From: Camelus ferus
Lineage: Eukaryota
Direction of reading: 5' to 3'
DNA: 64,000 nt
Assembly: GCF_009834535.1 (NCBI RefSeq)
Contig: NC_045696.1
Location: 99,636,001-99,700,000 of the forward strand
Shown here: positions 38,359 to 50,775 of the stretch, piece by piece
How the letters are laid out: each line of letters starts with the position of its first letter
Position numbering within the stretch: position 1 is the stretch's first letter
Made by a program: the position numbers and the translations under genes
Notes under the pieces: model-generated
What the model was told of the DNA's origin: nothing
The model's database searches: none
Seen by the model: only the letters and a program-made list of their open reading frames with translations

Positions 38359-38831
38359 TGTATATTGGTTTCCTAGGGATGTTATGAAAATTTTTTCACA
38401 AACTGAGTTGCTTATAACAACACAAATGTACTCACTCACAGTTCTGGAAGCCAAGAGTCTAAAATCAAGGTGTTGTCAGGGCCATGCTCTTTCTGAAGGT
38501 TCTAGAGAAGAATTCTTCCTTGCGTCTTCCTAGCTCCTGGTGGCCGCTGACAATCATTGGCATTTTTTGCATTGTATCTGCATCACTCCAGTATCCACCT
38601 CTGCCTTCACGTGGCTCCCTTCCCTCTGTGTGTGTGCGCCTCTGTGTCTCCAAATCTCCTCTCCTTATTTATTAAGAGTCTAGTCATCAGATTTAGGGTC
38701 CAGTTTAATCCAGTATGAGCTTATCGTCACTTAATTACGTCTTCAAGACCCTATTCCCAAGTACACTCATAGGTACCAGGGGTTAGGACTTCAGCATAGC
38801 CTTTTTATGGAATGTAATTCAACCCACCACA
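38359..38831 (-). mobile_element. MaLR solo LTR, MLT1C-like
   Basis: TG...CA ends, about 470 bp. Contains 'ctcacagttctggaagccaagagtctaaaatcaaggtgttgtcagggccatgctc' and 'ggtaccaggggttaggacttcagcata'. Confidence 0.85.
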
Positions 38832-39879
38832 GACCATTATCAAATAATTCTTGGGATTTCAACATCAATTTTCACAAACCAAAGCATCTACTAAAAAAAG
38901 GGTTGTGGTAAGAAATCTTGGACATCTTTTACTCAGGGAAATGGCCAAATCTCATAAGCTTGGAGTAATCACTTTTAAAAAGTTATTTTCTCAACCTTAG
39001 TTCAGCTAGTTCTTTTTCATGAAGTTCCCCAGCTTTTAAGTGTGATATAACTCGCTTTTCACAAAGTGCTGTAAATTAACGACTGCCTGCATACTGACGG
39101 TTTTAGGTTAGAATTCTCCTTAGCCCTGACGATGTTTTTGCTTTGCATTGCCATTCAGACTTCTAGGGTGGAAAACATGGTAGGGGGCTGAGCAACTAAG
39201 GAAAAGAGGAAAGGGGCAATACATCAGAGCTGTTTCCCCACTTCAGAGGATGTGATGCTGAGCTTTCCCACCAGCTCCAGGTCCTCCGGGGTGGCATGCT
39301 TAGCATCCAAACAACGTGCAAATGCACACTGTGAAACAATACGCCACCACCTCCTCACCGTAAACATCACTGAGAAGAAAGAATAGGGAGTGTTTTCCAC
39401 GTTGGAAAATGACTTTAGTACAAAGGTTGTATGAAAGCAAAGGCATTTTTTCTCCTGGCCTTCATCACTGCATATGTGTGCTGTCACGTAGACTGGTTCT
39501 CAGGTCTAAAGGATAGACCCTCTGACTATTACTGCTAAATACAGACAGTACAAAAGGCGAGGTGCAATTAAAATCTTTTTACGTGGCCAATTTAAATACA
39601 TATTAATTTATTGTTAAAAAAAGAAGCTACCATTTTTTATTATGTTTAAAATAATTTGCTAGCAGCAATTCCTGAGGAAATACGAATGTGAGCTTAGTTC
39701 ACTTATTCTACAAAAAAAATAAAATAAATCCCCAATTTTGGATGCCTTCATCCTTAATCTTTGTCCTCTTTAATGATAACTTTTTCCTGCTTTATTTATT
39801 AATGATTTATTGCTATTTTTCAAATTTTGACAAGACTAATTTCAATGTCACAAGGCTATCCTTAGAACTTAATACGTGA

Positions 39880-40390
39880 ATATGCAATGCAACTCCTGTT
39901 GAGTTTTTCTTCACCATATTTTCATCTCTATAGTCTTTCTCCAGACCCCAGTTAAGTCACAGATGGATCAAATGCAGTCATCTTCTCACAGGTGTCCTTG
40001 ACCCCACTTCTCCCACCGCAGTCCATTTTGTCAGCCAGCACTGTCACAAACTATACAATTAAGTCATACTGAACTTTCTCTATGCCATTTCTCAACCGAC
40101 TCTCTTCTTCCAATACACAAAACTCAATCTCCCATTGGCTTTAAAACCTCCCACAGTACTGAGGCACTCCCCGTAATGAACTAAGTAATTTTGATGCATG
40201 TATGTTTATCTGCAAGCACACTTCTTTGTTCCTCAACAGTACCAGGAACAATTCTCAAACAATTTCTGAACCTAAAATTAAAAGCCCTTTCAAGATCATT
40301 CCTCTGCATACAATTTTGTCTGTACTCTCTTGGCTTCAGTTTCTTCATGTGTAAAATGAATGACTGGAATAATTATTCTAATCCATGAGT
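39880..40390 (+). mobile_element. Degenerate L2 fragment followed by a MIR core fragment
   Basis: L2-like 'tgcagtcatcttctcacaggtgtccttg...cagtccattttg'. MIR core 'ggcttcagtttcttcatgtgtaaaatga' at ~40332-40360. Confidence 0.45.
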
Positions 40391-41483
40391 TTTTGTCTTT
40401 CGTGGTCTTTTAAACTTGACACAAGCTCCATTTGCTAAACGCTATTTTAAGTTAATCTTCTGAAAACTCAGTAAGAAATTCTATTCTGTATAAAGAATAT
40501 ACTGCTTCACCTCCTAATTTAAAATCTGCCTCAAATCTTTTAAGTATAAAAGAACATAAAATACATGTAATAAACAAAAATAGACTTTTCCAAAAACAGA
40601 TGTTTTGAGGACCTTTGCTTAAGTTCTGTGAGCTCAGTTGCTGTTGGCATGTTGCTAAGGGTAAACAATTCAATTTAAATTTCAAGTTAAAACAAGTCAA
40701 TGATTTTTGATGAGTGATGGACTATTTTATTTTTAAAGAGTCAAGAGGAAAATAGTCACCGGATTAGACAGAATTTTGATAGGAGCGTTGGTGGTATACT
40801 ATAACGCGTAAAAGAAGAAACCTACACAATTAGTTTTCCTTTTCCTTTTATGGCTATGTGATAAAGACAAAACAGATGACTTAAGCCCAGAGGAGACAAG
40901 GGGAAAGGTCCTGAATCTTTTGGCCGATGAGGAGCTGTACAGCACTGAAAATACAGTAAATAAATTCAAATACAATAAAGCCTATCCATTATCAGCATAA
41001 TAGTTTAATAAATACTTTTTCAACAGTTGAACTGAATATGGTATTTTTACTTCAAGATAATCTGAAACTAGAAAGCCAGTCCAAAGATAGTTTAGTGTGA
41101 ATATAGGATTAAGGGTAATAAACATCAAGTTCATATCTGGGAATATGAGTTAGATCTCATTAAAGCTAATAGAAAAAGAAGTGTGAAAAAATACTCGATT
41201 CCAGATATTTACTAGAGAGAGATCTTGCTATATGAGAATGATCTACTTAGATTGTAACATTGCTTAGGCTCCATTATTTAACTAAAATATTAACTTTTAA
41301 ATAATAAAGAGTGGGTGATCTATTAATTTGCATCTCCGCTACATCTCTAACTAGCCCTCAAGTTTTACTCTTCAGATAGTGTGTTGGTGACCAAGATAGT
41401 AAACTTCAATTCATTCCTTCAATAAATCATATTGATTCTGATGTTGGAATTGAATTTTGAAAGATAAAGAAGTAAACGAAATA

Positions 41484-42353
41484 CAGTTGATCTTTGAATA
41501 ACATGAATTTGAACTGTGAAGGTCCACTAATGTAGCTGAGTAGGACCTGTTGGGGCCTTGCCAGGACAGATCCCCTACCCCATGTCCTCTACCTATATTT
41601 TGATCTTAGAAAAGCTTTAGTTTCTCAGGCCTCCCCTGAGTCAAAAGGCTGGCTCAAGAGTTAATGATTGGAAGAATGTGAACATAGAGTAACAAAATAT
41701 AGCAGTTGGGCCAGAAGAATGGGTAACATTTTAAACAACAGATCAGTCACATAGTAGAGTCACAGAATCTTTGGTCCCTCCCAGAAGGACATAGATAATA
41801 GGGTCTGACTTGTATAGATACTGAAACCCCAACCAGATGGAAAAGGCTAACTGCATGATGACTATGAACAGGTAACCCCTAGACTGGATGGGACCTGAGG
41901 ACTGACGAGTTTAACCCCTGTGACATCACCTGTTACCTTACCATCAACCAACTAGAGATTATGCACAAGCTGATCACACACCCTGCAACTCTTTCCCTCA
42001 CTTTGTTTTTAAAAACCCTTCCCTGAAGTCCATTGGGGGAGTTCAGTTCTTTCGAGCATTAGCTTCCAGTACTCCTTGTTTGGCCTTGCAATAAACACCA
42101 TTCTTTCCTACATCACAGCCCAGAGTCAGGAGATTGGCTTTGCTGTGCATGAGAGAGCAGATCCAAATCTGGTTCAGTAACACTAACATACAGATATTTT
42201 TTCAACAACTATCATAGTATTTCAAGATCAGAGTTTGGCTGAATCTGTAGATATAGAACTACAGATACAGAGGGTCGCCCACAAAGTTAAATGCAGATCC
42301 TCAACTGCACAGGGGTTGGCACCCCAACCCCTGAATTGTTCAAGGGTCAACTG
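41484..42353. mobile_element. Tigger2-family (TcMar) MITE, split by an ERV1 LTR
   Basis: TIRs cagttgatctttgaataa / ttgttcaagggtcaactg, flanked by TA at 41482-41483 and 42354-42355. About 220 bp once the LTR is removed. Confidence 0.85.
41531..42182 (+). mobile_element. ERV1-class solo LTR (652 bp)
   Basis: TG...CA termini, perfect 4-bp TSD ctaa (41527-41530 and 42183-42186), TATA-like tttaaaa near 42010, AATAAA at 42090-42095 and a 'ggttcagtaaca' end. Confidence 0.88.
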
Positions 42354-42445
42354 TACTTACCCTCTGTTAATGCGTATGACATTCTGGTAGCCATGACAGG
42401 GATATCTGCCCATGCGAAAGCTTACAATTCTTAATAAATCCATAG

Positions 42446-43549
42446 CATTATGGGCTAAATTGTGTCTCCCCTACAAATTCTTATGTTGAAACTCTAACCC
42501 CAGTACCTCACAGTATGACTTCATTTAGAGATAGGGCCTTTAAAAGTGATTAAATTAAAATGAGGCCATTACAATGGACTCTGATTCAATCTGTGTTGTT
42601 GGTCAGGGGAATGGGTGGAAGAGAGAAATAGGTGAAGAAGACAAGAAGTATAAACTTTCAGTTAAAAAATAAGAGTCACAAGTATGAAATGTATAGTGCA
42701 GGGAATAGAATCAATGATTATGTAATATATTTATATGGCGACAGACGGTAACTAGATCTAACATGGTGATCATTTTGAAATGTATAGAAATATGGAATCA
42801 CTATGTTGTGCACCAGGAAATAACACAGTGTTGTAGGTCAATTATACTTCAAAAATAAACAAAAAAAACCAAACTCATAGAAAAAGAGATCAAGTTTGTG
42901 GATATCAGAGGTGGGGGTTAGGGAGTGGGGGGAGGGGGAGTTGGATGAAGGCAGTCAAAAGGTAAAAACTTCCAGTTATAAGATAAAAATAAGTACTGGG
43001 ATGCAATATACAACATAATAAATATAATTAACATTGCTGTACATTATATATGAAAATTGTTGAGAAAGTAAATCCTAAGAGTTTTTATCACAAGGAAAAA
43101 TGTATTTTGTCTATTTCTTTAATTCTTTATCTATATGAGATGATGAATACTCACCAAACTTGAAGTCAAATCATTATGCTATACACCTGAAACTTAGACA
43201 GTGCTATGTATCAATAATATCTCAATAAAACTGGATGGAAAAAAAGCAATTAAGTTAAAATGAGGTCATTAGAATGGGCCCTAATCCAATCTGCCTAACG
43301 CCCTCATAAGAAGCAGAAATTTGTACACACAATGGGACACCAGGCGTGCATGCTTACGGAGAAAAGACTATGTGAGGACAAGGTGAAAGTCAGCCATCTC
43401 TGCCAAGCAGAGAGGCCTCAGAAGAAACCAAACATGCTGACACCTTGATCTTGGATTTTTTATCTCCAGAACTGTGAGAAAATATATTTCTGTCATTTAA
43501 GCCACCTAGTCTGTAGGATTTTGTCATGGCAGTGCTAGAAACTAACACA
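42446..43549 (+). mobile_element. MaLR LTR MLT1B-like, interrupted by L1
   Basis: 5' part 'ttatgggctaaattgtgtctcccc...gagatagggcctttaaa' (42446-42593). 3' part 'gagaggcctcagaagaaaccaaacatgctgacaccttgatcttggattt...gaaactaacaca' (43249-43549). Confidence 0.85.
42594..43246 (+). mobile_element. L1MA10/L1MB-type 3'UTR
   Basis: 'aaacttccagttataagataaa', 'gtaaatcctaagagtttttatcacaagg' and 'tatctcaataaaactgga' followed by an A tail. Confidence 0.82.
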
Positions 43550-43772
43550 CCGGGCAAAAGCCTGAAACCACTCGCAGGAACTTCAGAAACCTTTCTTTTA
43601 TAGCACTGCATCACCACGGCTTAGCTCCAAGAAATGATTGCATGGAAAGACATCTGCTCAGTTACCTTGGTTTCAGCTCCTCTAGTAATCCATTATTTCA
43701 CTATACGCTACCAGGGAAGGCCTGCCTTCCTGGTTTATCATTTCTGGACACCAGTTTTGTTTCCACCAGTTT

Positions 43773-44291
43773 TGTAATAGGGAAGAACAAATCTGACTCC
43801 ATATTAAATCTGTTCCTTTAGCTCTAACCCTGTGCTGTTTCCTGTGCTTAGTCATGCTGGTTTGGCATCTTTCGTGAAAGCATGTTGCCTAGAGCCTGAA
43901 ATGGACAGTGGTAGCCCATTCTCAAGGCTCTGACATTTAAGAGTATAGCGCTTTTCATTTATAGAGAGCTAAAATGTTGCAGAACAGCAAGTAACATTTG
44001 TCTTGTTGGAGGTTTACAGGAACATCATGACCTGACCTACGTGGACTGCTGGAAGAACAAAGGATCCGAACATCAAGAAGTTTGCAACAACCAACCACAC
44101 CCCGTCCCCCTTCTTAGTATAAAAGGGGCCTGAATTCTGACTTGGGTAAGATGCTTCTCTGGGATATTAGTCCCCCATCTTCTTGGTCTGCTGGTTTACT
44201 GAATAAAGTCCTCATTCCTTGCCCCAACACCTCTGCTCCAGATGTACTAGCCTGTCATACAGCAAGCAGAACGAGGCTGGACTCAGTAACG
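43773..44291 (+). mobile_element. ERV1 solo LTR, MER41-like (artiodactyl type)
   Basis: Starts 'tgtaatagggaagaacaaatctgactccat'. TATAAAA at 44118-44124, AATAAA at 44202-44207, ends 'ggactcagtaac(g)'. Imperfect 4-bp TSD gttt/cttt. Confidence 0.8.
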
Positions 44292-44859
44292 CTTTGATGC
44301 TCCAGGCATCACATGGTGTCTCACCGCACAAACTTCCATAGGTATCACTGCAGAGAACTAATCTTGCTGAACTTCATCTGATCCCAGTGAGCTACCTATC
44401 CACCAGCTGCTTTGTGCTGCCCAGGGCTAGGACTGGGGTGAGGTGACCCTGCACATGACCCCGGGAGAAAGTGGCTCCTGAGACGCTGCACCTCGGCCAG
44501 CTCACTCTGAATTCCAGCCCTGGTGATGCCACACACCTCTTGAGCATTCCTTGGCACAGGTTCTAGGCACTCCTTCAGAGCATGTCCAGTTTGGTTGCAC
44601 ATACACAGGAGATGTTTACAGGAGAGTTAAAAAATATATAAGTCTGGAAAATAAGTCCTACATAAATGATAGCATTGGGTTCTTCAGGAATTTAGAGGAG
44701 AGTTTGCCTTGCCTTGATGCTGAAAAAATAGCTTCATAACACAAGGAGCTAGAAGGATGGGATTTTAACAACACTTGGAGGGTGGAATCTTCAAATCAAA
44801 CAATATAAAGGGATGACTAATGAGCACTATAATATCGAATTCAAACATTCAGAGAAAAC

Positions 44860-45045
44860 ACAGGTCGTAAGTCTAGCCCCGCTACCTTCCAGCTGTGTAG
44901 CATGGAACAGATCGCAGCCTCTCTGAACTTCGATTTCCTCATGGGTTTATTTAGATGATTAGAAATAACCTATATAAAATGACTTCCTTGATGCCAGGCA
45001 CATGGCCTGGATTCACTAAATGGTTCTACACTTATTATCATTGTT
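44860..45045 (+). mobile_element. MIR SINE
   Basis: 'gctaccttccagctgtgtagcatggaacag...cctctctgaacttcgatttcctcat...tgccaggcacatgg'. Confidence 0.7.
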
Positions 45046-45124
45046 TCTTGATTAATGCAAATCTACTCACCATCATCTCAGCAGGCCTCATTTTAGCACT
45101 CACACGACAGACATCAGAAATCAA

Positions 45125-45290
45125 AATTGACCTTCGCCATGATTTAGTCCAGTCTCCTCATTTTTCAGAGAAAATTAATGCCCAGAGAAGTTAAATGCCT
45201 TGCCCCAGGTTACAGAACCAGCTGGTGGCAGTGACAGTGTCGGCCACAGAACATGAGATTTCCTACTCAGTTCAGAATACATTTCACAGA
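45125..45290 (-). mobile_element. MIR SINE
   Basis: 'tagtccagtctcctcatttttcagagaaaattaatgcccagagaagttaaatgccttgccccaggttacaga'. Confidence 0.75.
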
Positions 45291-46514
45291 ACTTCCCTAA
45301 TAGCAGTACACAAATCTTAATAAACTTGTATTTGAAAATGTATACTAATTACACGTAGACAGTCAATGAACTGAAATAAATGGAGTAATTATTAAATCAG
45401 AGTGGTGTGGTAGTGCTACACATTTACACTCGGGACAGCGCCAATGTACAAAGTAATTGAAGGCTCTTATTGTCTCTGACAAATCTAATCTTCCTCACAA
45501 GCCATGACCCTGCCAAATATGGACGGAGTTCACAGTGGAGATTTTAACTGGCTAATTCATAGCATCTCAGACTCTGGCTTAAATGTTGTTTCAGGAAAGT
45601 GCTTTACTTTACAGACTGCCAGCCGCAAGTCTCAAGATGGCAAATGGGAATGTGGGGCGGGGGCACAAGGGGGCTTCCTGTCCTTGCAGAAGTGGAGGGA
45701 AGACCTGTGGCTCCTGGGGTGACCTCCGGGCTTCTGGATCCTCCCAGGTCTTGGCTGTATAATGGCTGGTCCCTCCCTGGGTTTACTGCCCTATGTTCTG
45801 AGGTGCAATGTAAGTTAGTAACTTGTTCTCTTGGACACTCGAGAGCTTCATTGTCCTCTCCTCCTAGTTTCAAAACCACCACCCATCTGGTGCCTGATTA
45901 GGCGAGTTACACACTGGCTTCTGCACTTGCCTCTTGCCAGCAAAGCCACCCACAGGCAGGTGTCCTAGCTCTGGGCTCAGCCACCTTCTTCCAACTTCTC
46001 TGTGGGGAGTGTGGGCACTTCGTCCATGCCCCACGGAACAAGGGAAGTGCTGAATAGTCTCTCAGGTCCCCTCTCTGCTTACTGTCACCCTCTCTTCATT
46101 TTTTTTCAGTGCCACAGCTGACCCATGTTGCTACAAACACACGCCGCAAGGTTCCCTTTTCAGAGTTCCAAATAGAAGTGGGCAAAAGCCTTTCTGACTT
46201 GGCTTTGCCCTCATTGAATTCCACACCTCTGACTGGGATGGCAGAGAAGCTGGTGAAGCCATGACCCGTATGTCTCACTCTGATTTTTAATCCATCTTAG
46301 TATCTTTCTTTCCTGATTCTGTTGGATCATAAGTGACTCCCACTATCCTTCCTCTTCAGTCTACCCCGAACGCCTCTTCCTGCATAATTTCCTGTGCCTT
46401 CTCTGCACTCCGGATAATATTAAATATCTATGATTTGAGTCAGATAGCCTGGGTTATTGATACTGGAGTCTCAGGCATCCAGGAACTAGTGTTTAATTAG
46501 GACAAATAATATGA

Positions 46515-46865
46515 ACAGCTACGTCAAAAAGTCACTTAAAACTCTCCAATCATTTTCCTTTCACCTGGATTAAAACACAAACTTCCTACCTCAGCCTGCA
46601 GGGCTTGGGCCCCCTTCACTTCCCCCTTCCAACCTCACCTCAGCCCTGTCTCCCTTGGTTTCTGCACCCTGAATACACCTATCAAATCAAAGAGGCTCAT
46701 TCCCCAGGGTCTTTTTTCCTCAATCTCTTTTCCTGGATCTCTGCAGGCCCAGTTTATTCTTGTGTCCTAGGTCTCAGCTTCAAAACCACCTCTCCAAAGA
46801 GGCTTATTCAAGGGTTTTGAAAATGACCGCCCATCCCCTCCAGCCATTTGTTTCTAGCACATGAC
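46515..46865 (+). mobile_element. L2 fragment
   Basis: 'cttaaaactctccaatcattttcc...aaacttcct...ctaggtctcagcttcaaaaccacctctccaaagaggctt'. Confidence 0.6.
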
Positions 46866-49699
46866 GTTAAAAAATGAAAGAACAACGTCTGAATTTGACT
46901 ATATATTAAACTAGCATCTTATTATCTAATCATTTTACACATTTGATTACTACTGAATTTGTCACATGTCTGTTCTTCATCATACATTCTTTTATATAAA
47001 ACATCTGTTATCTCTGTTGCACAAACCTTCTGGGCATTCTCTTAATAAGTGATAGTTAATACAATGTTCTGTTTCTCATCCATATAAACGTATGCATACA
47101 CACACACATTTATGGAATTTTTATGAAAAACTAAATTTACACTAGAATGGCCTAAAGACTGATTATTCTATGGTGCTCCAATCGAAGGTAATTCCTACCT
47201 GATTCTGTTGGTATCTTGTGATGAGTCACATCAAAGCAGTTCTCCTTCCAGTAAAAGCTGATAGAAAAAATGACTGAACAATGTCTGTTTCTTCATTATC
47301 TCCTTTCTCTGCTTTTCTTCTTCTTCTAAGACAAAAAGAGAAAACATGTTATTAAAATACCAATTATATTACTCAATTAAAATATTTCTGAAGATAAACT
47401 CACAAGGAGCAAGATTTAATACAATTTTGTAACTAGGCTTGCATTGTAATTTTCATTTAACTGTCCCTTATTCAGAATTAAACCTCTGTCTTTCTCCTAT
47501 AGCTCAATTACCTAACAGAAAGCCATTTTACCGTATGGTAGAAACTATTATTTCTGTAGGATATTTTTTTTCCTTTTAATTAACCATTACTTTATGTGGG
47601 TTGTAGATTTATAGTCTGAATTTTAAAACTATAGATTTTACGTGTGTTGGGTTGCACTGGAAGTTAATGATTTTAATCACTCAGTTATAATTTAGCTTTT
47701 TCAGTGCTTTTGTTTCTATGGTGTTTTCTACTGGTCTCTTTTGATTCCTGTGTCCACCTTTCCCCTCCTTAAAAAAAATTCCAAATTTTATCTTTGTTCC
47801 CACATGATTCATCAGAACTGAAATTTAAACAAGAAAAAAATAACAGTATTGAGACAGAGGTTCACCCCATTCTGTAACAGTATTTATTCATTAAGGAAAG
47901 TGTGTCACACCTCTGTTTATTTCTAGGTGCCTTATACCTCCTCATTCATTTCCCACAATCGTTTTTGAAAAAAATATAGAGATAAATTTTTATTATAAAC
48001 ATTACTAATAATTTAAATTTTTCTTTCCAAACCATACTTACTAAAAAGCAAAAAAAAAACTTTGCTTTTTACCTCCTTTCAAAATGTATAAACACATGTA
48101 CTTTATGAATATTAATGGATAATTTATTCATGACCCCCTCCCCATGGATAATTTAACCAGAAAATGAATCATTTACCTATCTTCAATGAATGTGCAAACT
48201 ACGGTATTTATAGGTTAATTCTCTAGTCTTTGTTTTACCCGTGTCTTTTGAACATTTAAAAACTTAACTTCTACTAATTTTCTTCTTTCTTTAATGCTAG
48301 CAAAAAAATTGACACATAATAATAAAACAGGCAAACTTACAGTACATTGCTTGGTACTTAAAAGATTTTCCTTAAAAGAAATTAAAATTACTGAAAACAC
48401 TAACGCTCTAATGCTATATGCTATTATACTAGTCAGGTTTCATATTTTATAAATGTTTCCACATGATTGCTAATATCAATTAAGAACACATGTAGTCATT
48501 TTGTTCATTAACTGAATAATTGAGACATTGACTAGTGAGGTTTCGATTTACCTTTTTATTCTCAAATAATCTGTATGTGGGATTGGGAAAAATGTGATTA
48601 TATTTTATTCTTCCCTAATTTTTCCCTCTTCCTCCTCCACCTGCTTTCTTCTATTCTTCCCCTCCTCCTTTCTGCCGTCTTCATCCCACTTTTTCTTTGT
48701 ATTGTTTGCAATGAGGAACGCAGCACCTCTACACCCTCTGACTCCATGTTTGTCAACACACCTTCACAATCACCTACACTATTTCTACTCTTTGTCTCTT
48801 GAGTAAGGAGAAATCCCCGTTGGGTTACCCATTATTGCTCTAGTGCTCTGTATACAGAGCTTGTTTGTTTCCTTCTTTCACCTATATTTTAACTAGATAA
48901 AATTAATGACAGATTTAAATCAATGAAATGCATTTAGTTGTATTTATGTCCCAAATTTTGGATCTTCTTGTCCTGTTTTTGACAGGATCATATAAAATCG
49001 TGAAAGCAAACTTTATCATGATAGATTACAAAAGTCTTAAATTACCATTGAAAAATTCAGTTAATATGGGAGTATATAAACAAGTCAATGTTCTTCCCTT
49101 ATTATCTTTACCTGTTTTCACAAAGGGCATTACTGAGAAGTGTATAATTCCATAAGGAATTTTATTTGAATATACAGAGATGCACCCATATATACATTAA
49201 CACATAAATATATTTTTAAGCAAAAGTTGGATCATAGACTCCATACTGTTCTAAAACTGGATTTTTTTAATGAATAATTTTTATAGATTTCTATACTCAT
49301 ATTATCTAGAAACTAAGTTCTTGGAACAATATTGGCATAATAAGAAATACAGATCTGACATTCACATTACTGACATTGTATGCTTTTTATTTTTAACTTC
49401 AGAATGGAGAAGCAAGGGAAAAAACAGAAACTTAAGCCTGTTAAACCACATTAAGCTGTAAATGAGGCCATTTATTTAAAATCCCAGAACTTTCTAGTTT
49501 TTGGACTTAGTTGCTTCACTGGACAAATACAGGATACAGGTGAGAAAATAATGATGCTGTTGGTGTCTGATAACCTGTGCTGACAACACTTTCTGGTTCC
49601 GTAATAAAGGGTATACACATGAGAGCAGTATTTGTGATGTAACAGTAGAATAAGTAAATTGTATTGTACTTTATTAAAATATCATTTTACCTTCTTTTA

Positions 49700-50070
49700 A
49701 CCCAAGTCAACAGTATTCTAAACAAAATGGAATTTTATCTGTCTTTCATATAACCTTCAGAGCTGGTGTGGTGGCTCTAATCATCAAAGCTGTCTGAGAT
49801 CTAGGCTCCTTCTATTTTGTTTCTCCACCATCCTCAAAGGGCAGCTTTGAACTCATGGTCCAAGAAGGCTGTTCCTACTCCTGCTGTCATGGCTACCTTC
49901 TAGCCAGCCAGGTGAATAAAATAGGAAGTAGAATGCTGGCTCCTTCCCTTTAAAAGCACCACCTAGAAGTTACATGTACTTCTTCTGATCCACTCCGTTA
50001 GCCAGACCTTTATAAAATGGTTACACCTAACTCTAGGCAAAGATAGGATATGAAGTATTTCTCTATGTTT
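49700..50070 (-). mobile_element. MaLR LTR, MLT1J-like
   Basis: 'cagagctggtgtggtggctc...ctaggctccttctatt...ctcatggtccaagaaggctg...ttagccagacct...ggttacacctaact'. Confidence 0.7.
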
Positions 50071-50604
50071 AGCAAAAAATTCTATTGCACAAAAAAGATA
50101 AGACTAGATAAGTGGGAAAAATGACATTTGTCACATATCAACATTCTCATAAACAGTTTATAAAGGACTTTAAAATGCATTATCTGATTTGATAAAGAAA
50201 TAACATGAGTAACCAGTAATGGATACCTTTTAATACTCATGAAATCTATGATTTTATAAAGAAAAATGATACATCTAAGAGATTCCTGTATGAAATATTA
50301 GCTTATCCTCTCCCACCCAATTATCTCATATGCCAATTATAATTGGACTCTTTTTATCCTTTGTATATGTCACCATCACCCCCATTAGGAGAAAGGGTGT
50401 AGTTGTAACTGTAACCCTGTCTTTCTTACTCCTCTTTGTTAAATAACATAACTTCATTTCATCTGAGTTTTCCCACCTGTTAAATTCTGAGCACAATGCC
50501 TGTGCTATTTCTGCAGAAAATGCACAGAAAACTACTTCATAGGAAAAAATAGACAATTACAAATACTAATTCATTTGATAGATGTTATGCTTAAAGTAAC
50601 TAAT

Positions 50605-50775
50605 TATAGCCACCAATTATTTACTGTCTACTATGAGCCTGACACGCTGTTAGAGCCTTTAAATACATCTCATTTAACTCAATCTTCACAGCAATCAGGC
50701 AGTGCATTTCATAGTTTCTCTATTTCAGAGTTGAGGAAACCAAGGTTTAAGAGCAGTCAGATGTTACCCAATACC
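50605..50775 (-). mobile_element. MIR SINE
   Basis: 'ctactatgagcctgacac...catttaactcaatcttcacagcaatc...tttcagagttgaggaaaccaaggtttaagag'. Confidence 0.7.

Noticed and set aside
45433..45442. GGACAGCGCC, a perfect right half of the REST/RE1 motif
   Set aside because: The left half is poor, and a single 10-mer is weak evidence without ChIP data.
48115..48155. 12-bp direct repeat atggataattta flanking 17 bp
   Set aside because: Too short and AT-rich. Likely a local micro-duplication with no evident function.
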